Below the pieces are notes generated by a model. The model worked only from the letters and a program-made list of their open reading frames with translations. It did no database searches and had not been told where the DNA came from. A stretch of 46,376 nucleotides of DNA. Origin: a virus. Its lineage: Duplodnaviria; Caudoviricetes. This document shows, in pieces, positions 9,334 to 17,662 of this stretch. How positions within the stretch are numbered: the stretch's first letter is position 1; every line of letters begins with the position of its first letter. The translations under genes were made by a program, and so were the position numbers. The DNA lies in the IMG/VR virus record IMGVR_UViG_3300032212_000692, positions 1-46,376 of that record; one strand, written 5' to 3'.

Positions 9334-10119
9334 TTAGTTGCTGAGGATGTTGACACCGATGGTGCCTGCGTCAGTAAGCGAAGCCCCGTTCATTAGTGTC
9401 ATGCGGTTTTTGCCAATCACCACGGAGCCATTGGTTGCGTGCGCGACGGCGTATATAGGGCCGTCCAGAACCGTGTTGTATAACCCAAGCAGCGCCACAC
9501 CACCGCCACCGCAGGAGGTGATGCTCTGGCCTGCAACGCCGGTGACGACGCAGGAGCCCAGCCGCACCCGGTTTGTCGCCCCTGTTTGGTAGTGCAGGAG
9601 ATTTGACCAGAGGCTCCAGTCGGCCGCCGGGTTAGCCTTGTCCTTGAGCTGGATCGAGATATCGTCGAAGCTAAGGCTCCCGCCGCCGCCCGCCGAAAAC
9701 CCATAGTTGGCGTTAAGTTCGGTTGCGTCCTGCACGAACGTATAGGTCTCGAAGATGAGCACCGGGTTGGCTCCCGGCAAATATTTCGGGCGGACAAATC
9801 GTAGGAAGCGGTTCTTGAGGTTGATGTTGTAGGCGACCGTGTAGGTTTGGTCTGGAAGCAGCTCGATACGGACAAGGGATCCGGCGGGTGCCCGGTCGGT
9901 CACCTCCTTGATCGAGAGGAACGTGCCGCCCGATACGCGGGTCGGTGCAGGATCGTTGGCATCGACCTTGGCTTGATACCAGGCCTGGCTCTCTGTCAGG
10001 CCGAGCAAATTATTCGTTGCGGCTTGAGCCGCGTCGTCGATCTCACCGGCCTTGCTGTTGAAGGCGTCGGCGGCCGCCTGCATGGCGGCGGTGGCTTGGG
10101 ACAAGTCTTCAAGGGTCAT
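9334..10119 (-). CDS. putative receptor-binding tail fibre/spike protein
   Basis: N-terminal helical segment followed by a Gly/Asn/Thr-rich beta-type region; located after the fibre collar gene. Confidence 0.55.
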   Translation of the reverse strand: MTLEDLSQATAAMQAAADAFNSKAGEIDDAAQAATNNLLGLTESQAWYQAKVDANDPAPTRVSGGTFLSIKEVTDRAPAGSLVRIELLPDQTYTVAYNINLKNRFLRFVRPKYLPGANPVLIFETYTFVQDATELNANYGFSAGGGGSLSFDDISIQLKDKANPAADWSLWSNLLHYQTGATNRVRLGSCVVTGVAGQSITSCGGGGVALLGLYNTVLDGPIYAVAHATNGSVVIGKNRMTLMNGASLTDAGTIGVNILSN

Positions 10120-10122
10120 CGG

Positions 10123-10656
10123 TCAAACTCCCGGATAGTGACCGTGTTGGGCGCGAAAGGCCTCGGTCAGGTTGAACTGTTGCAGGGTGAGGGTGGCCTG
10201 CATGTGCAGGGATTGGGTGGCGTAGGTGACGTATTCATCGTCGGGGGCCGCGACGACAACGAGGCCATCCTTGATGCCCGTCAGGTTCAAATCATGCTGA
10301 AACAGCAGATCGAACGCGCCGGTCCAGCCTTCGTTGATATCCGCGCCCGCGACCAGGAAGATGAGATCGCCAGCCGCGTTGAAAAAGCCAATTTCGCGCA
10401 GCCAGAACGCCGGAATTTCGGTGCCGAACTCGACGCGCACACGCCATGTCTGCGCGTCGAACTGGCTCTGGCTGGTGATCGGCTGGCGCAGCAGCTCACC
10501 GCGCAGCGTGGTTTGCGCCTCGGAGGGATCGTAGCGTGCGCCGTTGCCATCGCCGAGCGCCACGTCAGTGATGCGCACCTCAAGCGCCTCGAACATGGCC
10601 TCGGCCAGTTTGGCCTGGCCGGTGGCGGTGATAATCTGGATCGCGTTAAGCGGCAT
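10123..10656 (-). CDS. tail fibre collar-domain protein (P2 gpH N-terminus-like)
   Basis: ITATGQAKLA, ALGDGNG, FWLREIGFF motifs. Confidence 0.8.
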   Translation of the reverse strand: MPLNAIQIITATGQAKLAEAMFEALEVRITDVALGDGNGARYDPSEAQTTLRGELLRQPITSQSQFDAQTWRVRVEFGTEIPAFWLREIGFFNAAGDLIFLVAGADINEGWTGAFDLLFQHDLNLTGIKDGLVVVAAPDDEYVTYATQSLHMQATLTLQQFNLTEAFRAQHGHYPGV

Positions 10657-11398
10657 GGAACGGGGCCTCCTGGTAGATGACGGGCGTGGTGGTGATCTGC
10701 ATGAACTGGCGGATGCGCAGATGGCCGCGCGCGAAGAGGGTTGACCGCGCGCGGCGCGCCGGCGCGGCGGGGATCACCGGAGCGGCGAACGCCGCGCGTG
10801 CGCCGATATGACTGCGCAGGTTGATGGGTGTCGCGATGGTGCGGGCGGGCACCGTTGGCGTGACGGGTGTGGTGACGGTCTGGCGCGCGCCCAGATGGCT
10901 GCGCAGGGTCAGATCAGTGCCAAAGCTCACACCGACGCGCAGGGTGAAATGGGATCGCACCGGCTTCACCGCCTCGACCAGGTACGTGACCCGCTCCAGA
11001 AGATCGGTATCGACAGTAAGCCCGGCCGCGAACACGTCACCGCCGTAGGCATCGACGCGAAAGGTATGCGCCGCGCCGCCATATTCGAACCATTCAGAGA
11101 TCTCAGTGGCAAAACCGAGCGGCATCAGAGCGCGCACGACCGCGCCGCGCGTGCCTTTGAGCCGGTGAACGGTGATCGCAGCGCGGATCACCGCGCGCTT
11201 CGTGGCCTCGGACCAGTCATCTTGCCAGACATCGACAGAGAACGCCCAGGCCAGCCATCCCAGAAGATGCGCGGGGCATGTGTCGGCGTTCATGAGCTGG
11301 CCGACAGGCGAGAGATCTGCGCGCCCGGCGGCAATCGCGGCCTCCAGCGCGCGCTCGGCCGGGCTCGAATTGGGTGGCAGGATGGAGATGTCAGACAT
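10646..11398 (-). CDS. P2 gpI-like baseplate/tail protein
   Basis: ILPPNSSPAERALE, CPAHLLGWLAWAFSVDVW, HRLKGT, KPVRSH. Confidence 0.9.
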   Translation of the reverse strand: MSDISILPPNSSPAERALEAAIAAGRADLSPVGQLMNADTCPAHLLGWLAWAFSVDVWQDDWSEATKRAVIRAAITVHRLKGTRGAVVRALMPLGFATEISEWFEYGGAAHTFRVDAYGGDVFAAGLTVDTDLLERVTYLVEAVKPVRSHFTLRVGVSFGTDLTLRSHLGARQTVTTPVTPTVPARTIATPINLRSHIGARAAFAAPVIPAAPARRARSTLFARGHLRIRQFMQITTTPVIYQEAPFHAA

Positions 11399-12293
11399 CG
11401 CGGCCCCCGATTGTGACGGTGATGGCATCGCAATAGGCGGCCTCATTGGCGGCGACGGCGATATCTGCGGCGGGCGAGGTCAGCTCGACCCTTTGCACGC
11501 CGGATTGATGCAGGGCCGCATAGATGCCCGACAGGGTGATGTCGTGATCGAGCCTGTGCATTGCGTCGGCATAGGTCGTGATGGCTGCTTGCGCGGCTGC
11601 CAGCACCTCGGCTCCGTCGGGGCCGTGATAGAGTGTGAGCTCGGCGGTGACCTGATAGGCCAGGATGGTCGGTGCCTGAACGCTCAGCTGGTCAGTCAGC
11701 GGGCGCACGTCATCGTCGTTCAGCGCGTCCGCCACGATTGTCAGCAGACCGGCATCCGGTGCGCCGTCGCCGCTGCGTGACAGGACGGTGACAACAACAG
11801 CGCCTGGTGTCGGGCTGTCAACGGACGCGTCCTTCACATCCGCATCCGCACTCAATGCCCAGAAGATATAGGCCCCGCGCGGCCCCGCCGTGGAATGCCC
11901 TTCGAGCGAGAGCTGCACCCGCCTGCGAAAATCCGCGTCACTTTCAAGGATCTCGGGGGCCGGCGGCGTCAGGGTGTCGTCGGCCGCCTGGATAACCAGC
12001 CGCGCGACGCCCCAGAATGCTGCCAGCCCGTCCAGATCGGTGCCCGTGGCGAGCGCCAGCATGTTGGCCTTGGCCCCGTCGTTGAACCAGAGCCGGTCCA
12101 ACATCCGGTAATAGGCCCCGACCCTCAACATCTTGGTGGCCGGCTCGCTTTCAAGTGCCAGCGCATCGGCGAGGCCCGGCTCCAGCTCGATGGCCTTCGC
12201 CTTCATTTCGGCAAAGAGATCTTCAAAGGCCGGCGTCTCGATGATGGCGGGTGCCGGAAGATCGGCCAGGTTGATCTGGGCAAAGCCGCTCAT
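11391..12293 (-). CDS. baseplate J protein
   Basis: INLADLPAPAIIE, ESDADFRRR, STAGPRGAY, VRPLTD. Confidence 0.92.
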   Translation of the reverse strand: MSGFAQINLADLPAPAIIETPAFEDLFAEMKAKAIELEPGLADALALESEPATKMLRVGAYYRMLDRLWFNDGAKANMLALATGTDLDGLAAFWGVARLVIQAADDTLTPPAPEILESDADFRRRVQLSLEGHSTAGPRGAYIFWALSADADVKDASVDSPTPGAVVVTVLSRSGDGAPDAGLLTIVADALNDDDVRPLTDQLSVQAPTILAYQVTAELTLYHGPDGAEVLAAAQAAITTYADAMHRLDHDITLSGIYAALHQSGVQRVELTSPAADIAVAANEAAYCDAITVTIGGRDV

Positions 12294-12634
12294 GCCACAG
12301 CCCTCACGATGATGGGCAGGCTCGTGCCTTCTTCGCCATCCGCGCTCTCCATGGTCAGGTCGATTTCCGAATAACCGGGGCGCGCAACCGCGATCTGGAC
12401 GCGCTCGATCGAGATGCGCGGCTCCCACAAATCGAGCGCCTCGGCGACGGCCTGATAGGCGTCGATAGTGGTCTGACCGTTCAAGGGCTGGTCGATGATA
12501 TCCGGCAGGTCGGAACCATAGTCGCGCTGCATCACCAACGTGCCCGTGGGCGTCGTCAGGATATCGGTGATCGATTGCGCGAGATGCGCGTCACCGCTGA
12601 GCGCTCGCCCGGTATGCCGGTCCATCCCGATCAT
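12290..12634 (-). CDS. baseplate W / gp25-like protein
   Basis: MIGMDRHTG, HLAQSITDILTTPTG, RDYGS, WEPRI. Confidence 0.92.
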   Translation of the reverse strand: MIGMDRHTGRALSGDAHLAQSITDILTTPTGTLVMQRDYGSDLPDIIDQPLNGQTTIDAYQAVAEALDLWEPRISIERVQIAVARPGYSEIDLTMESADGEEGTSLPIIVRAVA

Positions 12635-12876
12635 TTCTTCGCGCGGCTCCGCTTGGCTTTCTCACCCTCGGCCTTTTCCCTCAGGCCCGAGGCTTTCACC
12701 GTCGGGTCATCCAGCGATCCGACGATCTGAACATCCGGGCCGGCCTCGGAAGCCAGGACGACGTTTTCGTATTTCGCCTGGGCGGCGGTCAGGGTGACGG
12801 TCGACCCTTCGGCGCGGTATTTGCCCGCCACCCATCCGGCGGCACGGGTCACGTATTCTTGCGGCTTTTCGGGCAT
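12631..12876 (-). CDS. hypothetical phage protein
   Basis: MPEKPQEYVTRAAGWVAG...; fills the V-W gap with overlapping start/stop codons. Confidence 0.65.
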   Translation of the reverse strand: MPEKPQEYVTRAAGWVAGKYRAEGSTVTLTAAQAKYENVVLASEAGPDVQIVGSLDDPTVKASGLREKAEGEKAKRSRAKK

Positions 12877-13307
12877 CAGTTGGGCTCTCCTGTGCTGGCG
12901 GCACCGGGTGTGACGCCGCCATGGGTGTGGGTGACGAGGCTCACGCCCTGGGCGATCACGTCGCCGGTGACGATCAGATCGCCGATGAGGTGCATCCGGC
13001 CGCCGGCGAGGTTGATCATCGGCTCGGCTGCATTCTCCGAGGGCGCATTTCCCGCATAATAGCTGGCGAGGATCGCGGCCTGGGCGATGTCGCCCGACGG
13101 CGCTCCGACCATGACCTGCTCGCCGGTTTGGGGCATCCACCAGATCTGAATGCCGCCGGCGCGCATGGCGTTAACCGGGATCATCGGCGTGGTCAGGTCG
13201 CCCAACTGGACGCGGGCCGTTGCGGCGGCGGGATCGATCTCGACAATCGTGCCAATCTGCAACAGCCCGCCGATGCGGCGGTCGGCTTCTGCGGCCTCAA
13301 AGCTCAT
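12876..13307 (-). CDS. baseplate spike V protein
   Basis: WWMPQTGEQV, C-terminal SLVTHTHGGV metal-binding tip. Confidence 0.92.
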   Translation of the reverse strand: MSFEAAEADRRIGGLLQIGTIVEIDPAAATARVQLGDLTTPMIPVNAMRAGGIQIWWMPQTGEQVMVGAPSGDIAQAAILASYYAGNAPSENAAEPMINLAGGRMHLIGDLIVTGDVIAQGVSLVTHTHGGVTPGAASTGEPN

Positions 13308-13855
13308 GGGCCACCTCCCACGTCGTCATAGGCACCCTCATTGGCGGCACCGATATCGGGGGCCTGGGCGACATAGAGCTCGGCTCCGAGAGGTCCGGGC
13401 GCGTCGTAGAAGAAAGTGACAGGCTGCGACCACATCACCAGCCAGAGCGTGACGCCGTTATCGCGGGTCTCCTTGGTGATCGCGGGGCGGGCCATGACAT
13501 CGCGAGCCGCCCCGAGGCCTGCGCCGCCCCAAGCATTGCCGGGAACCAGCTGAAGGAGCGCCTGCACCATATTGGTCGCGGCCTCATCGCGCGGCGCGCC
13601 AAGTTCGTCCCGCGTGATGACATAGGCCACCATGCCGGCGTGAAACTCGACATAGCCGCCGGCGGCCTCGCGCGCCTGTTTCAGGCGCAGCGTCGAGACC
13701 AGAACCGACGGGGCGGGCAAGCCCATTTTCTTCAACTCGGCGAAGGTGAACTCGCCATGAATAGGCGCGCACCGCTTCAGCTCGGGAAGAACCGTGTCGA
13801 CCCGGTCGCAGACGAGCTGCGGCAGATCAAAAAGAAGAGTGGGCGAGACAGTCAC
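13304..13855 (-). CDS. Mu gp37-like tail terminator/completion protein
   Basis: Position after the virion morphogenesis gene; size and PSVLVS / LWLVMW pattern. Confidence 0.6.
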   Translation of the reverse strand: MTVSPTLLFDLPQLVCDRVDTVLPELKRCAPIHGEFTFAELKKMGLPAPSVLVSTLRLKQAREAAGGYVEFHAGMVAYVITRDELGAPRDEAATNMVQALLQLVPGNAWGGAGLGAARDVMARPAITKETRDNGVTLWLVMWSQPVTFFYDAPGPLGAELYVAQAPDIGAANEGAYDDVGGGP

Positions 13856-14304
13856 TGCAGCAGCTCCTCGATATAGGAGCCAACCAGGTCGTGCAGATCG
13901 GTCACGTCTTCGCTCGATACACCCAGATAGGGCCGGGCCGGGATGTTGCTGTCGACCTCTTCGCCGCCGAATTGGTGAATGGCCGCGTAGACCATGTTGG
14001 AGCCGACCTTGGCCTCGGCCCCGGTCGAATAGCTCTGGATGCTGTCGCGCAGCCAGCCGCCCTCGACCAGCAACGAATGCGCGCCGTGATCGCGTGTGTC
14101 ATCGTAACCTTCGGACCACGGCACCCAGGCCTCGCCGTCAGGGGAGGTCTTGGTGTCGAACCGCCCGCGCGTCGAGCTCTCCAGAATGGCCCCGGCTTCA
14201 TCCATCAGCTGCGCACCGTCGAAAGCCTCGAGCCGCATCAGCCTGGTGATGGCCTCGTCCAGGCCGACAGCTTCCAGCGTGGTTGCGATCATGACGCCGG
14301 TCAT
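13852..14304 (-). CDS. phage virion morphogenesis protein (Mu G / P2 S-like)
   Basis: RFDTKTSPDGEAW, VGSNMVYAAIHQFGG, IPARPYLG. Confidence 0.9.
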   Translation of the reverse strand: MTGVMIATTLEAVGLDEAITRLMRLEAFDGAQLMDEAGAILESSTRGRFDTKTSPDGEAWVPWSEGYDDTRDHGAHSLLVEGGWLRDSIQSYSTGAEAKVGSNMVYAAIHQFGGEEVDSNIPARPYLGVSSEDVTDLHDLVGSYIEELLQ

Positions 14305-14305
14305 C

Positions 14306-14740
14306 TCAGAGCCCCCGCATTTTTTCGCGGGTGAATTCGCGCTCTGGCCCGCCGCTCACAATCGGGCGCGGGCCGGTCTGTTCGGCTTCTTCCGCGCCTT
14401 CCGGCACCGGCAAAACCAGCGCGGCCTTGCCGGCCGCAATCAGTTTGAGATGGGCAAGGGCGTCCTCATACCTCTTGCGGTGTTCCTCGGTCAGCACTTC
14501 GCGGCCGAGCGCCAGGCGATAGAGCGCAATATCGACGCAGAACTGCATCAGCAGATCGGAGGGTGCCTCGATGGGCACCTGGTAGCGGACGTTGAGGAAG
14601 CTGTCGATCTCGCCTGAAGCCGAGCCCAGGGCGCGGGTGATCGCGGCCGCATCCGGCACGCCGTCGCCATCCCGATCCGCCACGAAAAGCGCGTTCTCGG
14701 AATAGAGCGTAACGATGTCGGCTTGCGTGGCGTAGGCCAT
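14306..14740 (-). CDS. Mu gp36-like head-tail connector (DUF1320)
   Basis: MAYATQADI, ASGEIDSFLNVRY, CVDIALYRL, RYEDAL. Confidence 0.9.
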   Translation of the reverse strand: MAYATQADIVTLYSENALFVADRDGDGVPDAAAITRALGSASGEIDSFLNVRYQVPIEAPSDLLMQFCVDIALYRLALGREVLTEEHRKRYEDALAHLKLIAAGKAALVLPVPEGAEEAEQTGPRPIVSGGPEREFTREKMRGL

Positions 14741-14831
14741 GTGCGTCCTGTCGTGTTCGGTGGTGGCCGCCCCGCCGCTGCAGCCACCTTCAGCTCTCGC
14801 GCCTGTCGGCGGGCGCGCCTGGTGTATTTCA

Positions 14832-14925
14832 GTGCCGGTCTCTCCCGGCTGTCACGGCCTTACCGTCGGCTCCGTCGCTCCGACCTACTCACCCGGCCAA
14901 TTCTGCCGCGCCGGGTTTTCGCCCT
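14832..14925 (-). ncRNA. candidate structured RNA in the head operon
   Basis: Three stems (14891-97/14910-16, 14865-69/14880-84, 14834-38/14845-49) and a CGAAA/GAGTAG loop-E-like motif within a 195-nt non-coding gap. Confidence 0.45.
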
Positions 14926-14935
14926 GGGGAAGGGG

Positions 14936-15334
14936 TCAGGGATCTGCCGCCTGCGGGGCAGTGAAGCCGTCGCCCACCATCTGGTCCCAGATCGCATCGC
15001 GCTCGCCCGCATCGATGGGGCCGTCGATGTCATCGGCCAGCACGGCATTCAGATCTTCGAGCCGGGGCTTGCCGTTTTTCTGGAACCCATCGGCAGGCAG
15101 CGTCTGGATTGCGCCCCAGATGACATCGAACCGGGCCTCAGCTTCGGTCTCGGGGATCTCTTCGGCGGGGGTCACACGCAGATTGGGCTCTGCGACAATC
15201 GCGGCCCATTGCTCTTCGGTGAAGCTGGCGACGCCGACGACCTCGCCGTCATAGGTGAAACAGGCCCCGCAGCGACAAAAGCCCTGGCGGCTCACGGCGG
15301 CGATGCGAAAGGTCGTTACATCTTTATCGAACAT
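14936..15334 (-). CDS. Mu gp35 / HI1506-like protein
   Basis: GFCRCGACF, FTEEQWAAIVAEPNLRV, FQKNGKP; downstream of the major head gene. Confidence 0.7.
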   Translation of the reverse strand: MFDKDVTTFRIAAVSRQGFCRCGACFTYDGEVVGVASFTEEQWAAIVAEPNLRVTPAEEIPETEAEARFDVIWGAIQTLPADGFQKNGKPRLEDLNAVLADDIDGPIDAGERDAIWDQMVGDGFTAPQAADP

Positions 15335-15367
15335 CTCAGATACTCCTCGGCGGCTTTTCTTCGTGTC

Positions 15368-15443
<76 letters not shown>

Positions 15444-15460
15444 TTGATTGCCTGGCCGCC

Positions 15461-16375
15461 TTACGGCAGCCAGGGGTTCACCATGACCTGAACTTCGTCG
15501 TAGTTCGGGTTTGATGCCCCGCCCGCACCAAGCATGGCCTTGATGACCTTGTTGGCGTTTGAGCGGTTGGAGCGTCCCACCATGATATGCGTCGGCATGA
15601 GGCCAAGCTCGCGCCCGCCATCGCCTTGCACGCCCATCATCGCCTCAAAGGCGGCGTCGAAATTGTCGTTGTCGAGCGTGGCCTGGCTCTTGTGCGCCAT
15701 CTGCCAGAAGCCGTAGCCAGCCGCCCACCGCCCATCCGCGCCATAGAGATACTCGTTCTTCATGAAAACGTGGTCGGACTGGCGCGCATCTTCCTTGCCA
15801 ATCAGGTTGACCTTCTCGCGTTCCTGAAAAACGAAGGGACGCAGGACCGAGTTCAGATCGAGCAGATACCAGGGCGCGCCCGCACCGGCGGTAACGTTGG
15901 AGACGGTGGTCACCGCGCCTGTGCCGTCATGGTTGGCATAGACCGGGTGATCGATGTCGAAATAGTTCTGCCCGTCATAGCAGAGCTGGGTGCCGCCATT
16001 CACGATCAGGTCACGGACCAGCTGGTCGGGCTTGCGCGCGGCGGCTTCGCCAAGCCGACGGAAGCGAGGCCCATAGGTGCCGAGGCGATCATCCTTGATG
16101 TCGGTCGCCTTGACGCCAATAGTCGCCTCGAACTCGACGTTGGCGACCTCATAGCCATGTGCCTTGATGTTCTTGATGACGCGGTCGCCGATCCATTCAA
16201 CCATCTCCGGCGCGTCGCCGAGCCAGTCATAGGTCTCTTTGGCGTCGGTTGAGGTCACGATGGTGCAGACGTCTTTGTAGAACGTCTTGGCGGCCATGGC
16301 CTCATAGCCATCGTTGAAGTTCTTTTTTGCGCCCGTCCAGAGGGCGGACAGGATTGCCGGGGTGATCGCGGCCAT
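15461..16375 (-). CDS. Mu gpT-like major capsid protein
   Basis: ETYDWLGDAPEMVEWIGDR, CYDGQNYFDIDHPV, PWYLLD, GYGFWQMA. Confidence 0.94.
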   Translation of the reverse strand: MAAITPAILSALWTGAKKNFNDGYEAMAAKTFYKDVCTIVTSTDAKETYDWLGDAPEMVEWIGDRVIKNIKAHGYEVANVEFEATIGVKATDIKDDRLGTYGPRFRRLGEAAARKPDQLVRDLIVNGGTQLCYDGQNYFDIDHPVYANHDGTGAVTTVSNVTAGAGAPWYLLDLNSVLRPFVFQEREKVNLIGKEDARQSDHVFMKNEYLYGADGRWAAGYGFWQMAHKSQATLDNDNFDAAFEAMMGVQGDGGRELGLMPTHIMVGRSNRSNANKVIKAMLGAGGASNPNYDEVQVMVNPWLP

Positions 16376-16378
16376 GGC

Positions 16379-17344
16379 TTATGCCTCCATTTCTTTTTTC
16401 TGCGCGAGGAAATCCTCGACGCTGATACCCATCTGATCGCAGATGAGCTGCTCCTCAGAATTGAGCGCGGTGGCTTCGCCCGCAGGCTTGCCCTTCACGT
16501 CGGACTTGCCCGCGATTTCCGGCGCGGCATCGACCATCTTTGTGAAGCGCTCCAGGCCACCCTCCTGGCGGCAGGCGGCGATGTGGTAGTCGCGGCTGGC
16601 CGGTGAGATCTTGCCCGCCTCGGTGGCGGCATCGACAGCGGCCTCGATATCGGTATCGAGGCGCTCTTTGTCGGCGGCCTCGAAATCGCGAACCTTGTTC
16701 AGCGCCAGATCATAATCGGCGCGCGGCACGAATTTGTCGGCATCGGGCTGCTCGGCGCGGTTGCGCGCGGTGGCCTCGTCCGATTTCAGCTTGTTGATCG
16801 CGGTCAGCACGTCGTCATCGGACGCACCTTCCTTGAGGCCCAGGGCCTCGAGAATTTCAGGCTTCATGCCACACTCCTCTTCGCTGCCCTCTTTGTTCAG
16901 GGCTGCCATTTTCAGGTTGGGGGAATTGGTCAGGCCGGCGGAGACCATCTTGATGATGTCGCCGAGTGCCCGCTTGAAGGTGAAAACAGGGCTTACATAA
17001 CGATAGGACCTCGATTTGATGGCGTTGGACCCCGCATCGGTCCATTCGACACGTCCCCAAAGAGCGCCATTGCGAACGTCCAGATCATTGATCCAGCCGA
17101 CCGCGGGGGCTTCCTCGCCATTTGCGCCCTTCACTTGGGTTGCGTGTTCGAAATCAATCGGCAGGTCTGCGCCATGCTCACGGAAGGCCGCAACCACGGC
17201 CTCCGGGTTTGGCAGGGTCCACTTGCGCCCGTCTCGGCCCACGATGTTCGGGCCTTGCGGGGTCAGCTGGATCCAGTCGGGGGCGGTTTCGCCCTCGGCA
17301 TTAATGGCAATAGCTGCGAGATTGGTGGTGGTGTTGCGGCTCAT
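16379..17344 (-). CDS. Mu gpI-like prohead protease / scaffold
   Basis: GRDGRKW, PIDFEHAT, APAVGWI, YRYVSPVF, AGLTNSPNL. Confidence 0.93.
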   Translation of the reverse strand: MSRNTTTNLAAIAINAEGETAPDWIQLTPQGPNIVGRDGRKWTLPNPEAVVAAFREHGADLPIDFEHATQVKGANGEEAPAVGWINDLDVRNGALWGRVEWTDAGSNAIKSRSYRYVSPVFTFKRALGDIIKMVSAGLTNSPNLKMAALNKEGSEEECGMKPEILEALGLKEGASDDDVLTAINKLKSDEATARNRAEQPDADKFVPRADYDLALNKVRDFEAADKERLDTDIEAAVDAATEAGKISPASRDYHIAACRQEGGLERFTKMVDAAPEIAGKSDVKGKPAGEATALNSEEQLICDQMGISVEDFLAQKKEMEA

Positions 17345-17374
17345 GAGAGGCTTTATCGCCCCTGCACGCGCCCC

Positions 17375-17398
17375 GATCCCCGCCGAAGCCTTTCGGGG
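17375..17398 (-). promoter_or_regulatory. late-promoter activator site (CCGAA-N4-TTCGG dyad) upstream of the protease gene
   Basis: GATCCCCGCCGAAGCCTTTCGGGG, near-identical to the copy at 24936-24959. Confidence 0.7.
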
Positions 17399-17556
17399 CC
17401 GGTTTGGGCCGAGACGCTGAGCGGCCCGCTGGCGGGCGGTTACCCCTCAACCGCGACCATGCCCCAGAAAATCCGCACTTGGCAATCCTAGCCTATTTAA
17501 TGGGTATTAAATGAACCCATTGCGGCGCGCCGCTCAGGTCGAATTCCGCTCTGCTG

Positions 17557-17585
17557 TTGATCCGGGGTGATTTCGGGCTTATATC
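17557..17585 (+). promoter_or_regulatory. sigma70-like promoter firing antisense to the late operon
   Basis: TTGATC (17557-62), 17-nt spacer, TATATC (17580-85); predicted start ~17591-92. Confidence 0.55.
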
Positions 17586-17591
17586 GGGTGT

Positions 17592-17658
17592 GCGCCTGAG
17601 CCAAGTATCCCGTCTAACCGGCCTAGGGTCGCGGGGGATGTGACGTCCCCCCAGGCGC
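17592..17658 (+). ncRNA. tRNA-like/pseudoknotted small RNA convergent on gpF
   Basis: GCGCCTG/CAGGCGC 7-bp closing stem stacked on GGGGGA-TGTGACG-TCCCCC hairpin; loop GACG is complementary to CGTC at 17611-14; promoter directly upstream. Confidence 0.6.
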
Positions 17659-17662
17659 TTAC

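Noticed and set aside
17592-17658. Canonical tRNA gene or simple terminator after gpF
   Set aside because: It has no anticodon arm, TTC motif or CCA, no U-tract on the gpF strand, and is multi-stem with its own promoter, so it is reported as a candidate ncRNA instead.
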